A stretch of 62,496 nucleotides of DNA, the filler included, from Chiloscyllium plagiosum (Eukaryota), in the NCBI RefSeq assembly GCF_004010195.1. It is 4 parts of one record of this genome, joined end to end, with 100 filler letters (N's around TTAATTAATTAA, not from the genome) between each part and the next. Parts side by side here need not be neighbours in the genome. Positions count along the whole stretch, not along the records: positions 1 to 30,095 come from NC_057717.1; 3 more parts are not named here. The stretch is one strand, 5' to 3'. The notes beneath the pieces were generated by a model, which made no database searches, was not told the origin of the DNA, and worked only from the letters and a program-made list of their open reading frames with translations. The position numbers and the translations under genes were made by a program. Positions 1 to 11,359 of the stretch are shown here, piece by piece. The number at the start of each line of letters is the position of its first letter. Within the stretch, counting starts at the first letter, position 1.

Positions 1-265
1 GGGAATATGCGATGTTATGATTAGGCTGGAGTTTACCTCAAATTATGGTGAAAACGCAGCAAAGTAAGTTGCATTTTCCTTGATCAGCAGTGACCTCATT
101 GATTGGCTGATTAGATTGTGAATGGTCATTTTCTGAGGACAATTTGAAGTGAATCAATGATGGTGATTATGTTTGTTCTTTGTTCACCTTGTGACTGTTA
201 CTGTTATTGCTCCTGTCATTGTTAGCATCACAGCTCTGCAGCGTGTAAAATCTCAGCTGTGCATC

Positions 266-334
266 TGGCCAGTGGTACAACCATTCGTATAGCTGGCTAC
301 GCATCAGGCACTTGTTCGACTTTTACTTGGCGCA
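266..334 (+). pseudogene. Possible highly degraded tRNA-Gly(TCC)-like remnant
   Basis: GTGGTA..ATAGCTG..CAG..GTTCGA..CGCA is collinear with vertebrate tRNA-Gly(TCC); many mismatches and no intact cloverleaf. Confidence 0.3.
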
Positions 335-589
335 AGCGCATTGTGGAGATTCATCACACATACAAACTAGTCATTTTTGTTCCGTTGAGGTGGATAATAT
401 TTGAAATTTTCATCTCCACGAACGAAAATTCTTTCACTGTCTTCGATCAGTTAAACATTACCAAGAATAATCAGAGTAAAAATCGCACAGCACCAGATTG
501 TATCGAACAGACGTTTTTGGAAGCACCAGTGTTCCATGCACTGCTTCTTCATCAGGTATTTGTCAACTGTTGGAATCTAAAATGGCTTT

Positions 590-866
590 GTGTGATTTTT
601 AAATTTGGCCAGCCCAGTCCAACACCAACTCCTCCAAGTCATGGGTACCATCGACACCACGAACGTTTTGTTAAAGTCCAGATGATCTTCCAAAAGATCG
701 CGCATTTTGACACACATACCAAGTTTCTGCAGAAAAACACCCACCTGGTGATGAAGAGGCTCTCTGAAAGCTAGTGCTTCCAAATAAACCTGGTGGACTA
801 TGCCCTGATATTGTGTAATTTTTAACTTTGTCTACTCAACTCAAACACTGGCACTTCCATATCATA
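590..866 (+). mobile_element. Penelope-like pseudo-LTR remnant (family A) with degenerate hammerhead core
   Basis: cac-CTGGTGA...GAAAGCTA-gtg at 742-776 followed by cttccaaataaacctggtggacta, homologous to 5781-5900. Confidence 0.6.
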
Positions 867-1201
867 GACAACATCAGCTTAGTCCCACCATTGTCAGAGA
901 AGGCAATCCTGGAATAGCCCAATACATTGCTCATTGGTACGTTTCGTTTTCAGAAACCAATGCACTCAATCGCTGCAGCTCCTTTGTTTGAAAAGCACAG
1001 AAAAGAAATAGCTGACACTCAGTTTTTCCGGTATTTTGAAACTCTTTGGGAAGTGGAATCAGAGGAGAATGAAGGATTAACTGTCCGAATGTGCAGAGAG
1101 AGGGAAGACATTTTTCCCTTCTTTGGAGAGCTGGGGTATTGACTGATCTTAGGCATTAAACAGATTCCTTGTAGAGCTGCATCAGGAACAAGAAGTCCTC
1201 A

Positions 1202-1272
1202 TTTTCTGAACGGTAATGAAACCCAGGCCACTCAGTTAAAGCGCTGAATCCTAACCACCAAACCACCAGGGA
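1202..1272 (-). pseudogene. tRNA-Glu pseudogene (anticodon position reads TTA)
   Basis: Reverse complement TCCCTGGTGGTTTGGTGGTTAGGATTCAGCGCTTTAACTGAGTGGCCTGGGTTTCATT matches vertebrate tRNA-Glu; T-loop, anticodon stem and acceptor stem damaged. Confidence 0.8.
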
Positions 1273-2726
1273 TGAGGGCAGAAGCAGTTGCACCGTTTCT
1301 TCATAACACAGTTTTTGGAATTATGTCACTGCAGATATGTTTCCCTTCAAAAATGATTGAATTATCTAGTGTTTACAGCATCGAAATGGGTCCCTTCTTC
1401 TCATTACCAGCACCTGGTCTGTTACCTTGTAAGCTCTAACGTTTCACGTGTTCATCTCAATGCCAATTTCTCTGGAATGTTTTAATCTCGTAAAACACAA
1501 TAAATTGGATTACAGTTTGAGATGGGAAAAATGTGTTCACATTCAGTCGGGGAACTGAACCCCATTTTTACCCACAGACTGAAGCACGCAGACGCATTTC
1601 CCCAAGAGTGACACAATCCTCGGGAGAAAACAAGCAGAAAGGAAGATTTCACGGACTTGGCTGATATTGTCCCATTTTAGACTTCAACACCAGGGTCTGG
1701 TTACAGCAAAGAAAGGAAGCATTCAACCCCATCCCGTCCCAGTGTTCCTTGTGCATTGCTTCCCCTTCAATCTGTCGTTTGTACTGCCTTACCTCGTTCT
1801 TGCTGTGAAACTTGATCATTGCTCACGCCCGCTATTTCCTGTCCTGCCGAACGGTTTTCCTCAAGTTCTTGGAATGAAAAACAGGAACGGCCTATTTCAA
1901 GCACATTTCTAGTTTACAAGGCCAGTGTTATCGCCACTGAGCAAGCACATTGGCAACGCAGAGAGAAGGTCTCATACATTAGAAATTGAAATGCAAAGAT
2001 GATTGGATAGCCTCAGTATTGTAAACCAACCAACAAGACCGGAATAGAGCCGAGGGGATCATGCACAGAAGGATGAGAGTATAGAATGACGAATCTCATG
2101 GTGTAGAGGGTGGTGTTAACAGAAATCTTCCCTGGTAGTATAGTGATGAGGATTCAATGCTTTCACTGCCATGACTTGTTAAAGGTTAACGTTTACAGTA
2201 ATCAATATGAAANNNNNNNNNNNNNNNNNNNNNNNNNNNNNNNNNNNNNNNNNNNNNNNNNNNNNNNNNNNNNNNNNNNNNNNNNNNNNNNNNNNNNNNN
2301 NNNNNNNNNNNNNNNNNNNNNNNNNNNNNNNNNNNNNNNNNNNNNNNNNNNNNNNNNNNNNNNNNNNNNNNNNNNNNNNNNNNNNNNNNNNNNNNNNNNN
2401 NNNNNNNNNNNNNNNNNNNNNNNNNNNNNNNNNNNNNNNNNNNNNNNNNNNNNNNNNNNNNNNNNNNNNNNNNNNNNNNNNNNNNNNNNNNNNNNNNNNN
2501 NNNNNNNNNNNNNNNNNNNNNNNNNNNNNNNNNNNNNNNNNNNNNNNNNNNNNNNNNNNNNNNNNNNNNNNNNNNNNNNNNNNNNNNNNNNNNNNNNNNN
2601 NNNNNNNNNNNNNNNNNNNNNNNNNNNNNNNNNNNNNNNNNNNNNNNNNNNNNNNNNNNNNNNNNNNNNNNNNNNNNNNNNNNNNNNNNNNNNNNNNNNN
2701 NNNNNNNNNNNNNNNNNNNNNNNNNN

Positions 2727-4035
2727 TTGGAAAAGGTTATAAGAGATAGGATTTATAATCATCTAGAAAATAATAATCTGATGAGGGACAGTCAGCACGG
2801 TTTTGTAAAGGGTAGGTCGTGCCTAACGAATCTTATTGAGTTTTTGACAAAGTGACCAAACAGGTAGATGAGCGTAAACAGGTTGCTGTGGTGAATATGG
2901 ATTTCTGCAAGGCTTTCGATAAAGTTCCCCACAGTAGGCTATTATACAAAATGCGGAGGAATGGGATTGTGGGAGCCATAGCAGTTTGAATCAGTAATTG
3001 GCTCGCTGAAAGAAAACAGAGGGTTGTAGTTGATATAACATGTTCATCTTGGTGTCCAGTTACAAGGGTCGGTGTTGGGTCCACTGCTATTCGTCATTTT
3101 TATAAATGACCTGGATGAGGGCTTAGAAGGGTGGGTTAGTAAATTTGCGGACGACACTACGGTCAGTGGAGTTGTGGATACTAACGAAGGATGTAGTAGG
3201 TTGCAGAGAGACATAGATGGGATGCAGACCTGGGCTGAGAGGTGGCAAATGGAGTTTAATGTGGACAAGTGTGAGGTGATACACTTTGGACGGAGTAATC
3301 GGAATGCAAATATTGGGCTAATAGTAAGATTTTTGGGAGTACAGATGAACAGAGAGATATCGGTGTTCATGTAAACAGATCCCTGAAAGTTGCCACCTAG
3401 ATTGACAGGGTTGTGAAGAAGACATACAGTGTTTTGGCCTTTATTAATAGATGGATTGAGATCCGGAATCAGGAGGTTATGCTGCAGCTGTACAAAGCGC
3501 TGTTACGGCCACATTTGGAGTATTGTCATCAGTTCTGGTCACCGCATTATAATAAGGATGTTAAAGCTTTGGAAAGAGTGCAGAGGAGATTTTCTAGGAT
3601 GTTGCCTGATATGGAAGGCATGTCTTACAAGAAAAGACTGAGGGCCTTGAGGCTGTTCTCGTTAGAGAGAAGAAGATTGAGAGGTGACTTCATGGAGACA
3701 TACAAGATAACCAGAGGGTAAGATAGGGTGGAAAAGGCGAGCCTTTTTCCAAGTAAGGGGACGGCAAACACGAGGGGACACAACTTTCAAGTGAGCGGAG
3801 ATAGGTATACGACAGATGTCAGAGGTAGTTTCTTTAATCAGAGAGTAATTAGGGTATGGAATGCTTTGCCTGCAACGGTAGTAGATTCGCCAAGTGCATT
3901 TAAGTCGTCATTGGAGAGGCATATGGACCTACATGGAATAGTGTAGATGGGATGGGCTTCAGATTAGCATGACAGGGCGGCGCAACATCGAGGGCCGAAG
4001 GGCCTGTACTGCGTTGTAATGTTCTATGTTCGATA
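2727..4035 (+). mobile_element. CR1 LINE, 3' half of ORF2 (RT) plus 3' tail
   Basis: QHGF..GRSCLTNL, LGPLLFVIFINDLD, SKFADDT, RPHLEYC, LFSLERRRLRGD; frameshifted; ends in tctatgtt-type tail. Confidence 0.95.
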
Positions 4036-4379
4036 TGCTACAGTTCGACATCAGCAATGTCATCTGAATTTGCCTGACGTTCAATCAGTTTAACACAAGA
4101 ACGGAGGGGGCGTCAGGAAAACGGAATGGGAATAGTGGTTTGTGAGAGTTAACTACATGCCTCGTGGAGCCAGGTTCAATGGAGATATTGAATATCGGTT
4201 TTCCTGTTTACCTTGGTATACTGATCACTCCGGATCAGTTACCCAATATTGTCTGCCCTTTGCGTGTTGTTCTTTGTACATTTCACCTCGGTTCAGTGAT
4301 CTGGGAGGATCTCGCTTTTTTTTAAATTTGGCACATTTTACTCAGGTCGGTTTTGCAGCTTCATATGAAGGCCAACGTT

Positions 4380-4650
4380 TTTAGGAACAGAAAGACACCA
4401 TTCAGACCATCAAGTCTGCTCTGCTATCGAATGGTTTCATACCTGATCTGATACCTTGAACTGCACTTTCTTGCCTTTCCCCATAACGCTTGATGTCTTT
4501 GCTGCTTGAAGATCTGCCGATCTCAGCCTCATTTCACCTAACGACACTTCCTCAACAGCCTTCTGCTACAAGAACGTCCACTGATACAGAACTGTCTGAC
4601 CGAATAAATGCTTCATCATCTCTATTTTAATTGTGAGGTCCGCATTCTAA
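4380..4650 (-). mobile_element. Old CR1 3'-end fragment
   Basis: Reverse of a CR1 3' UTR (ccattcagaccatcaagtctgct...tttccccata...atctcagcc). Confidence 0.55.
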
Positions 4651-4708
4651 TATGAAATTAAAAATCACACAACGCCAGGTCATAGTCCAACAGGTTTAAA
4701 GGAAGCAA

Positions 4709-4737
4709 TAGCTTTTGGAGAGCTGCTCCTTCATCAG
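4709..4737 (-). ncRNA. Degenerate minimal hammerhead motif (family A)
   Basis: RC: CTGATGA-A-GGAG-CAGCT-CTCC-AAAA-GCTA; stem II intact, G12 mutated to A. Confidence 0.55.
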
Positions 4738-5479
4738 TTGGCTGTGGAGTACACAGTGGTAAGATACAGAATTTATAGCAAAAGGTTACAGTGTAATGTC
4801 ACTGGAATTATACTTTGAAAAATAACTTGATTGTTTGTTAAGTCTTCCATCTGTTAGAATGACTATGTTAGGATCACTTCTTTCTTAAACACGCTGCAGG
4901 CAAGGATGCTTTAAAGCATGGTACATTGGTGAAGCCGAGAAGAGGCTACAGCAACGGAATGGGCACTGCACATCAATCAACAGACAGGTGTGCCCCTTCC
5001 CAGTTGGAGAGCACTTCAGTGGTCCAGGACATTCGACATCGGTGACAATCTTCCAAGGCGGGCTTCAGAACAGGCAGCAGTTAAAAGTCCCCACGCAGAG
5101 GCTGATAGCTAAATTCGGTACCCATGGGAATGGCCTCAACCGGGTCCTTGGGTTCATGCTACAGTACAGGTGATCCCATTGCCCAATCTACAAACAGAGA
5201 CCCTCCTACACACACGCACGCACATACACACACACATATAAGTTTGTGGGTTGAATTTGTACTTGCAGAGTTACAGTGTACTTTGCTCAAAACTGCATGA
5301 ATCCATATAAGTCTCTGGTAACTCATTTTTATAAACTAGAATCAGTCTAAACAATATGGAACAGAGAAGCACACGGGGGCAGACACCAGTTGTTAATTTT
5401 CACCTGAGAATGAAACTTTAAAATAAAAAGTTTTGCACTTTACATATGAAAGAAGTGAAGGAAACATGGTCATTTTAGA

Positions 5480-5650
5480 TCACATTACAGTGTGGAAACA
5501 GGCCCTTCGGAGCACCCGGAGGAAACCCACGCAGACACGGGGAGAACGTGCAAACTCCACACAGTCAGTCGCCTGAGGCGGGAATTGAACACCGGACTCT
5601 GGCGCTGATGAGGCAGCAGTGCTAACCACTGGGCCACTGTGCCTCCCACA
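5480..5650 (-). mobile_element. tRNA-derived HE1/V-SINE nested in the PLE
   Basis: RC ggcacagtggcccagtggttagcactgctgcctca..gttcaattcccgcctcaggcgactgactgtgtggagtttgcacgttctccccgtgtctgcgtgggtttcc. Confidence 0.85.
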
Positions 5651-5780
5651 TTCTGCCCTTCTAACAGATCGGAGACTTAGCAAACAATCAAGGTATTTTT
5701 CAATGTATAATTTGAGTTACATCACACTGTAAATTTGTGCTATAAATTCTGTGTCTTGCAAATGTGTACTCCACAATCAA

Positions 5781-5809
5781 CTGATGAATGAGCAGCAGTC
5801 CGAAAGCTA
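5781..5809 (+). ncRNA. Degenerate minimal hammerhead motif (family A)
   Basis: CTGATGA...CGAAAGCTA core intact, stem II mismatched. Confidence 0.55.
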
Positions 5810-6857
5810 GTACATCCAATTAAGCCTGTTGAAGTGTAACCTGGTGTTGTGTGATTATCCAATTTGCATACCCCAGTCCAAAACCGGCATCTCCAACTCA
5901 TTCGATACGAGGCGCTCTGGTCACAGTACCAAACTTTCTGCATCCAACGTATTAAATCCTTGAAAAAAACCTATATGTTTCAATAAGGATCATTTTTGTA
6001 GTACTGAGTCTGAGCAGGCTAAGGCAACTGATTTCAGCGTTTCTTCCCATTTGATTTCATCTCCGAAATGAAATTCTCACTGACTCTGACAGAACTGCTA
6101 CCTTTGCTGTTTTGTAATGTCAGGAACTCATGTTTAATTTAATATTTTCATCAGGAGCAACAAATATTTTTCCCTGACTGGAAATCAACATTGGGAATTG
6201 GCAGTAAGAGAGCTGAATTTCAGCACTTGCGCACCAAAGAAGACGCATGCAATTCTTTCAACATTTCTTGATGACTTTGATTTTGCCTTTTTGCCTTCAG
6301 TTGAAAAATGACAGTTTTTGAGTTTCTCAAAGCATGGCGCATGGTCCTTCAGCCTATTGCATCATTATCAGTCATCAAACATCTGGCTTGTAAACACAGT
6401 TTCCATCACGTGACTCATCGTCTGGTGTATTCTAACATTTCAAGTCTTTCGTTACATTGTTATGCAATTTCTTAAGGGCGAAAGTGGAACAAAAACACCT
6501 CTGTGAACTAACAGTTCTGAAAGACAAACTCTTTCTCAGAGCCGTTTGTCAGTTTTCCTCATGATGCTGAGGAAAATGTTTCTGCACTCACATCTGAATT
6601 GGTTTACCCTGTTTCTTCTTCAGCTTCCTTCTTCTTTCGATGAAATGGTTGAGACTCCAATACAGGCACACGATGCGGGTTGCAGAAGTGACGTGTTTGC
6701 ACTTTCACTGGCACTCTGTCTCACCGGGAGCTGCAGTCATTCCCCACGCTGATTCAGACAGCACTGTCCTTCCTGTGACATGTCCCATGGAGAATGGAAG
6801 GACAGGCATTAATAACCCGCACTTGGAAACGGAGCGAATGTTTTAAAACCTTTACAG

Positions 6858-6929
6858 TGCTCCAGCGAGGAATTGAGCTCCTATCTCCCGCATAACATAC
6901 GGCGACACTAACCACTATACTACCGAGGA
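6858..6929 (-). pseudogene. tRNA-Asp pseudogene
   Basis: RC TCCTCGGTAGTATAGTGGTTAGTGTCGCCGTATGTTATGCGGGAGATAGGAGCTCAATTCC matches tRNA-Asp(GTC); anticodon GTT, T-arm and acceptor damaged. Confidence 0.85.
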
Positions 6930-8538
6930 CAACAGTTTCAAAGGAGACACTTCAGCCCGTTATGGTTGCATTTGTCAAAAGCAACTGCTTAACGACCCGA
7001 ATCGTTTAGCCCATAGCCTTACAGGTATTGGCAGAACATATTCACACCTGAATATTCCTTCGGGTTATAAGGATTGCTGCCTCTCTGAACCTTACAGACA
7101 GTGTGTTCCAAATTCGAACATCCGCCGGCCTATCCCGCTTTTCTGCACATCTACTTAAACGTTTCTGTCTCTCTCATCAAATTTCTGGCCCTCTGTGATC
7201 GTTCTTTCCATCGATGGGAAACGCTTCTTTAGTCTACTTTATCNNNNNNNNNNNNNNNNNNNNNNNNNNNNNNNNNNNNNNNNNNNNNNNNNNNNNNNNN
7301 NNNNNNNNNNNNNNNNNNNNNNNNNNNNNNNNNNNNNNNNNNNNNNNNNNNNNNNNNNNNNNNNNNNNNNNNNNNNNNNNNNNNNNNNNNNNNNNNNNNN
7401 NNNNNNNNNNNNNNNNNNNNNNNNNNNNNNNNNNNNNNNNNNNNNNNNNNNNNNNNNNNNNNNNNNNNNNNNNNNNNNNNNNNNNNNNNNNNNNNNNNNN
7501 NNNNNNNNNNNNNNNNNNNNNNNNNNNNNNNNNNNNNNNNNNNNNNNNNNNNNNNNNNNNNNNNNNNNNNNNNNNNNNNNNNNNNNNNNNNNNNNNNNNN
7601 NNNNNNNNNNNNNNNNNNNNNNNNNNNNNNNNNNNNNNNNNNNNNNNNNNNNNNNNNNNNNNNNNNNNNNNNNNNNNNNNNNNNNNNNNNNNNNNNNNNN
7701 NNNNNNNNNNNNNNNNNNNNNNNNNNNNNNNNNNNNNNNNNNNNNNNNNNNNNNNNNNNNNNNNNNNNNNNNNNNNNNNNNNNNNNNNNNNNNNNNNNNN
7801 NNNNNNNNNNNNNNNNNNNNNNNNNNNNNNNNNNNNNNNNNNNNNNNNNNNNNNNNNNNNNNNNNNNNNNNNNNNNNNNNNNNNNNNNNNNNNNNNNNNN
7901 NNNNNNNNNNNNNNNNNNNNNNNNNNNNNNNNNNNNNNNNNNNNNNNNNNNNNNNNNNNNNNNNNNNNNNNNNNNNNNNNNNNNNNNNNNNNNNNNNNNN
8001 NNNNNNNNNNNNNNNNNNNNNNNNNNNNNNNNNNNNNNNNNNNNNNNNNNNNNNNNAAACTGCAACCAGTATGGTAGTGGAGGAAATGTCAGGAAGAATG
8101 TATAATATCAAGACTTAGCGACAGGCATGTGGGAACACAGAATGTACCGAATCTTTAACCTTAGCGTCCCCAGAGACTGTGGAGATTCCATGAATGAGAG
8201 TATTGAAGAATGGGATTAATGAGACTCTCCAAACTCTTGGGACAGTGCAGGATATTGTTGAAATGTATGCTTCAATAGCATGATAGTTTAACATCGGCTA
8301 CTTCATCACTTTGCCCACACAAGACAGTACCAACTGCTGCATGCAATCACACATAATCCCAGGTCCGGACCCGGAATCAGAGAAACTGTGTGAAGCAATC
8401 GGAAATTGGGATGGAATGACGAGAGAGAGGCGCATGTATTTCCAAGGTTGGGACAGCTCCTGGTCAAAAGCGGGGCGGAAGGAAATACTTTCCCCCATTT
8501 TTAATATTATGACCATGAACAGTACATGTTGCTGAGAC

Positions 8539-8611
8539 AGCCGATTGGCGCATCTAAAGCGTATGGAGACTTTAACTTTGTGGTGGCAAGGTTCGAAATT
8601 TCATTTTCCTA
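8539..8611 (+). pseudogene. Degraded initiator tRNA-Met-like remnant
   Basis: AGCCGATTGGCGCATCTAAAGCGT..TAAC..GGT..TCGAAA..CTA collinear with AGCAGAGTGGCGCAGCGGAAGCGT..TAAC..TCGAAA..CTA; anticodon lost. Confidence 0.5.
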
Positions 8612-8709
8612 TTTGGATCAGTGTTTTTGACATTGACAGTGGGATCTGCTATTGTCGTATAAGCTCAGAATCAGCTTCTTGTTCCCAATAAATACTGCAA
8701 CCTGGAGAA

Positions 8710-8950
8710 GGTGGTGTTGTGGTTTTATAATAAACTAGTCATCCGTGGGGACTCACACACGGAACTGGCAATGTAAAAGTTCGACGAATAAAACCTGGAG
8801 TGAAAGCCTGACCTCAGGAACAGAGAACATGCCTTTAATTCTGCAATCCATTCATGCATATCGCTAATGCAGGGGATGCCACCATCTTTACCCAATCCAG
8901 CCTACATGTGACTCCAGGACCTCAACAACATAGCTGACCCTTAATCCCAG
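8710..8950 (+). mobile_element. Deu-domain-type SINE remnant
   Basis: ccatctttacccaatccagcctacatgtgactcca core, shared with 9700-9980. Confidence 0.5.
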
Positions 8951-8959
8951 AATGACGAC

Positions 8960-9200
8960 CGTGTGGGAAAGCAGGCCATTCGGCCCTTCCCGTCGACACC
9001 ATCCCTTCGAACCGCATCCTATCAGACCCACACTCCATACCAATTCCTTTCCCCTTCATTTTCCATGGCTGATCCCAGTAACCTGTACACCTTCAGTCTG
9101 TGGGAGGAAACTCACACAACCAAAGAGAGAATGTGAAAAATGCACACAGTCACATGAGATTGGGATCGAATCCATGTCTCTCATGCAGCGAGACAGCAGC
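8960..9200 (-). mobile_element. Degraded HE1/V-SINE
   Basis: gcaggccattcggccc tail, ctgtgggaggaaac..agaatgtgaaaaatgcacacagtc central domain. Confidence 0.6.
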
Positions 9201-9500
9201 GAATCAGGAAGAACAACAAATGCTGTCCTGAGCAGCGACATCCACACCCAGTGGGTATATCGGGAAGAATAAAAACACATTCACAACATGGACAATGGGA
9301 CTTGTGTCTGCGTGGACATGAGTTGAACCTATCGTTCTTCCTGGGTAGATACAAGGACACCGATATCACAGTGGATTCAATTATCTGCTGAAGTGGAAAC
9401 TTATCTACTCAGTCAAACTGGGGACAGACTATTCAACAGTCCCGTGTGTGGGAAGGGCTCAATGAGCAGAAGAACCTCCAGAGTAACCAGCAAGATTACA
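9200..9500 (+). pseudogene. C2H2 zinc-finger gene remnant
   Basis: ETYLLSQTGDRLFNSPVCGKG resembles HTGERPF-C--CGKG linker and finger; stops and frameshifts. Confidence 0.55.
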
Positions 9501-9699
9501 TATCCCAGAAGGAAATCAATTAAACTGTCAACGCTGCTGTTAATCCAAACCAGCTGCCAGTTTAATAGTGTCAAAGTCATGGACTCACACAGTATGAAAA
9601 CAGGCCTTTCACTCCTACCAACTCATACTGCACATAATGCCAAACTAAATGAGTCGCATCTGACGGCTCTTGTAACTGCTGAGGGTTAATAATACCCTT

Positions 9700-9980
9700 G
9701 TGATATTATTACTGCATTGTTAATATGAATGTCCAGATATAATTCTATGGACACGGGTTCAAACCCTGGCATGGCAGATGCTGGAATTTTATTTAAATAA
9801 ATACCTAGAGTCTAATGGTGATGTTGAATCAGTTGTTATGGATCTGATTCACTAATGTCTGATAGGGAAGGAAACTGCCATACCTATCTGGTCTGGCTGG
9901 TATGTGACTCCAGATCCATAATATCGTAGTTTATTCTGAACTTCCCTCTGGGCAATAAATAATGTACTAGTCTTGAATGA
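9700..9980 (+). mobile_element. Deu-domain-type tRNA-derived SINE
   Basis: gggttcaaaccc B-box; ttcactaatgtc..agggaaggaaactgcca..tggtctggc..atgtgactccaga; gggcaataaat end. Confidence 0.6.
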
Positions 9981-9989
9981 ATAGCTTTT

Positions 9990-10750
9990 GTTAATCCCAC
10001 TGAAACTTTCCAATTCATTTATCGATCCAAATATCCTGCAAATATTGTAAATGTACTTTCATTCATCACTGCCTCAGGAAGTGAATTGCACACATAAACC
10101 ATCCTCTGTTAAACAAAAAGCCTCTCATGTCTTATTCTAAATCCCTCTTTTCATTTTAAACATTTGTCCTCTAGCTGAACTCTCAATAATTTATAAATTT
10201 CTATCAGGTCGCCTTTCAAATTCCAGTGTTTGAGTGAAAATATTCTCAGCCTATCCAGCCTTTCGTTATAACACAAACCTTCCCCACTAGCCATACGCTG
10301 GTATCCCTGTTCTAAACCTACTCCTGCTGAATAATTTCCTTGCTATTACTGGGCGACAAGAACTGGACACAATATTCCAGAAGAGGCATCCCTATTCAAC
10401 TTCAACATAACGTACCAACTCCTACGCTCAAAGGACTGAGCAACGAAGGCAAGATGACAATTTTGTTAAACATTCTGTCTATATATGAAGAAAACTAAAA
10501 AGAATTATGTACTTGCATTCCTGGCCTTCGTGTCCCACAACACGATGCACCGCCTGATCATTAATTGTATAAGCCCTACTCTTATTTGATGTAGCAAAAT
10601 GCAATACCTTCCATTTATCCAGATTGAACTCGATGTGACATTTTTCTGCCCAAAGACGCATTGGATTAAGAGCCTTCTGGAATCTTAGATCACCTTCTTT
10701 ACAGTCTCCAATTCGGCTGTCCTCTGCAAGCTTATGAACCATGGCTTCTA
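9990..10750 (-). mobile_element. CR1 LINE fragment
   Basis: KLAEDS..WAEKCHIEFNLDKWKVLHF on minus strand. Confidence 0.8.
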
Positions 10751-10759
10751 CGAGTTCTA

Positions 10760-11200
10760 TTGTTTTCTCATATAGGTCAAAGATTTTTAATTATTTGTCG
10801 TGGCCATCATTTAGCAGTTTGCAAATCATGCAACAATTAGTCATGTAGTTAACCATGAGGAAGAATGCCATAGACTGCAGGGAGATTGGAAACAACTGGC
10901 AAGAAAATGTGCTGAAAGGAATTCAATCCAGTTAAGTGGGTGATAATGAATTTGGGGAGGAACAATGATAAAAGTGTGACTGTTAACAGTAATAAAAGAG
11001 AAATTGGAGTAGGCATTCACGAATTTTTGAAGGTGATTGGGCAAGGGATCAAGTGGTCTCGCGGGGTAAGCGATGCTTTCTGTTCTTGACAGCAGATGGG
11101 AATATAAGAGCAGGGAAATGATTCTGGAACTTTAGCAACTGCCTGTTCAGAGAAGAGCCAGGGGACCGGCCACAAGTCTGGTCATTGCGTTAATCTTTTT
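10760..11200 (+). mobile_element. Old CR1 fragment
   Basis: gaggaagaatgccatagactgcagggagattgga; gaatataagagcagggaa. Confidence 0.6.
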
Positions 11201-11359
11201 TCTTCCGGAAGAATGATAAAATAGAAGATGGAGGGCGGAAAGAGACCATTTGGCCCATCAAGTCTGGATCAGCACTAAATCAGATCTTCGCTGACAATGC
11301 TTCAAGGCAGGCTGGCACGTTCCTTTGAGGGGAACTTGCAGATTGAGGTCATTCGATGC

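Larger units (their letters stand above)
4655..5900 (+). mobile_element. Penelope-like element (family A): inverted pLTR, GIY-YIG endonuclease C-terminus, 3' pLTR
   Basis: YIGE motif near 4922; PVGEHFSGPGHS..QRLIAKFGTHGNGLN (4988-5173); 4655-4885 is an inverted copy of ~5445-5860. Confidence 0.85.

Noticed and set aside
259..774. 171-aa ORF
   Set aside because: Non-ATG start, no recognisable domain, overlaps repeat remnants.
6195..6270. Possible tRNA-Pro remnant on minus strand
   Set aside because: Only a short ctttggtgcg..ttca similarity; too weak.
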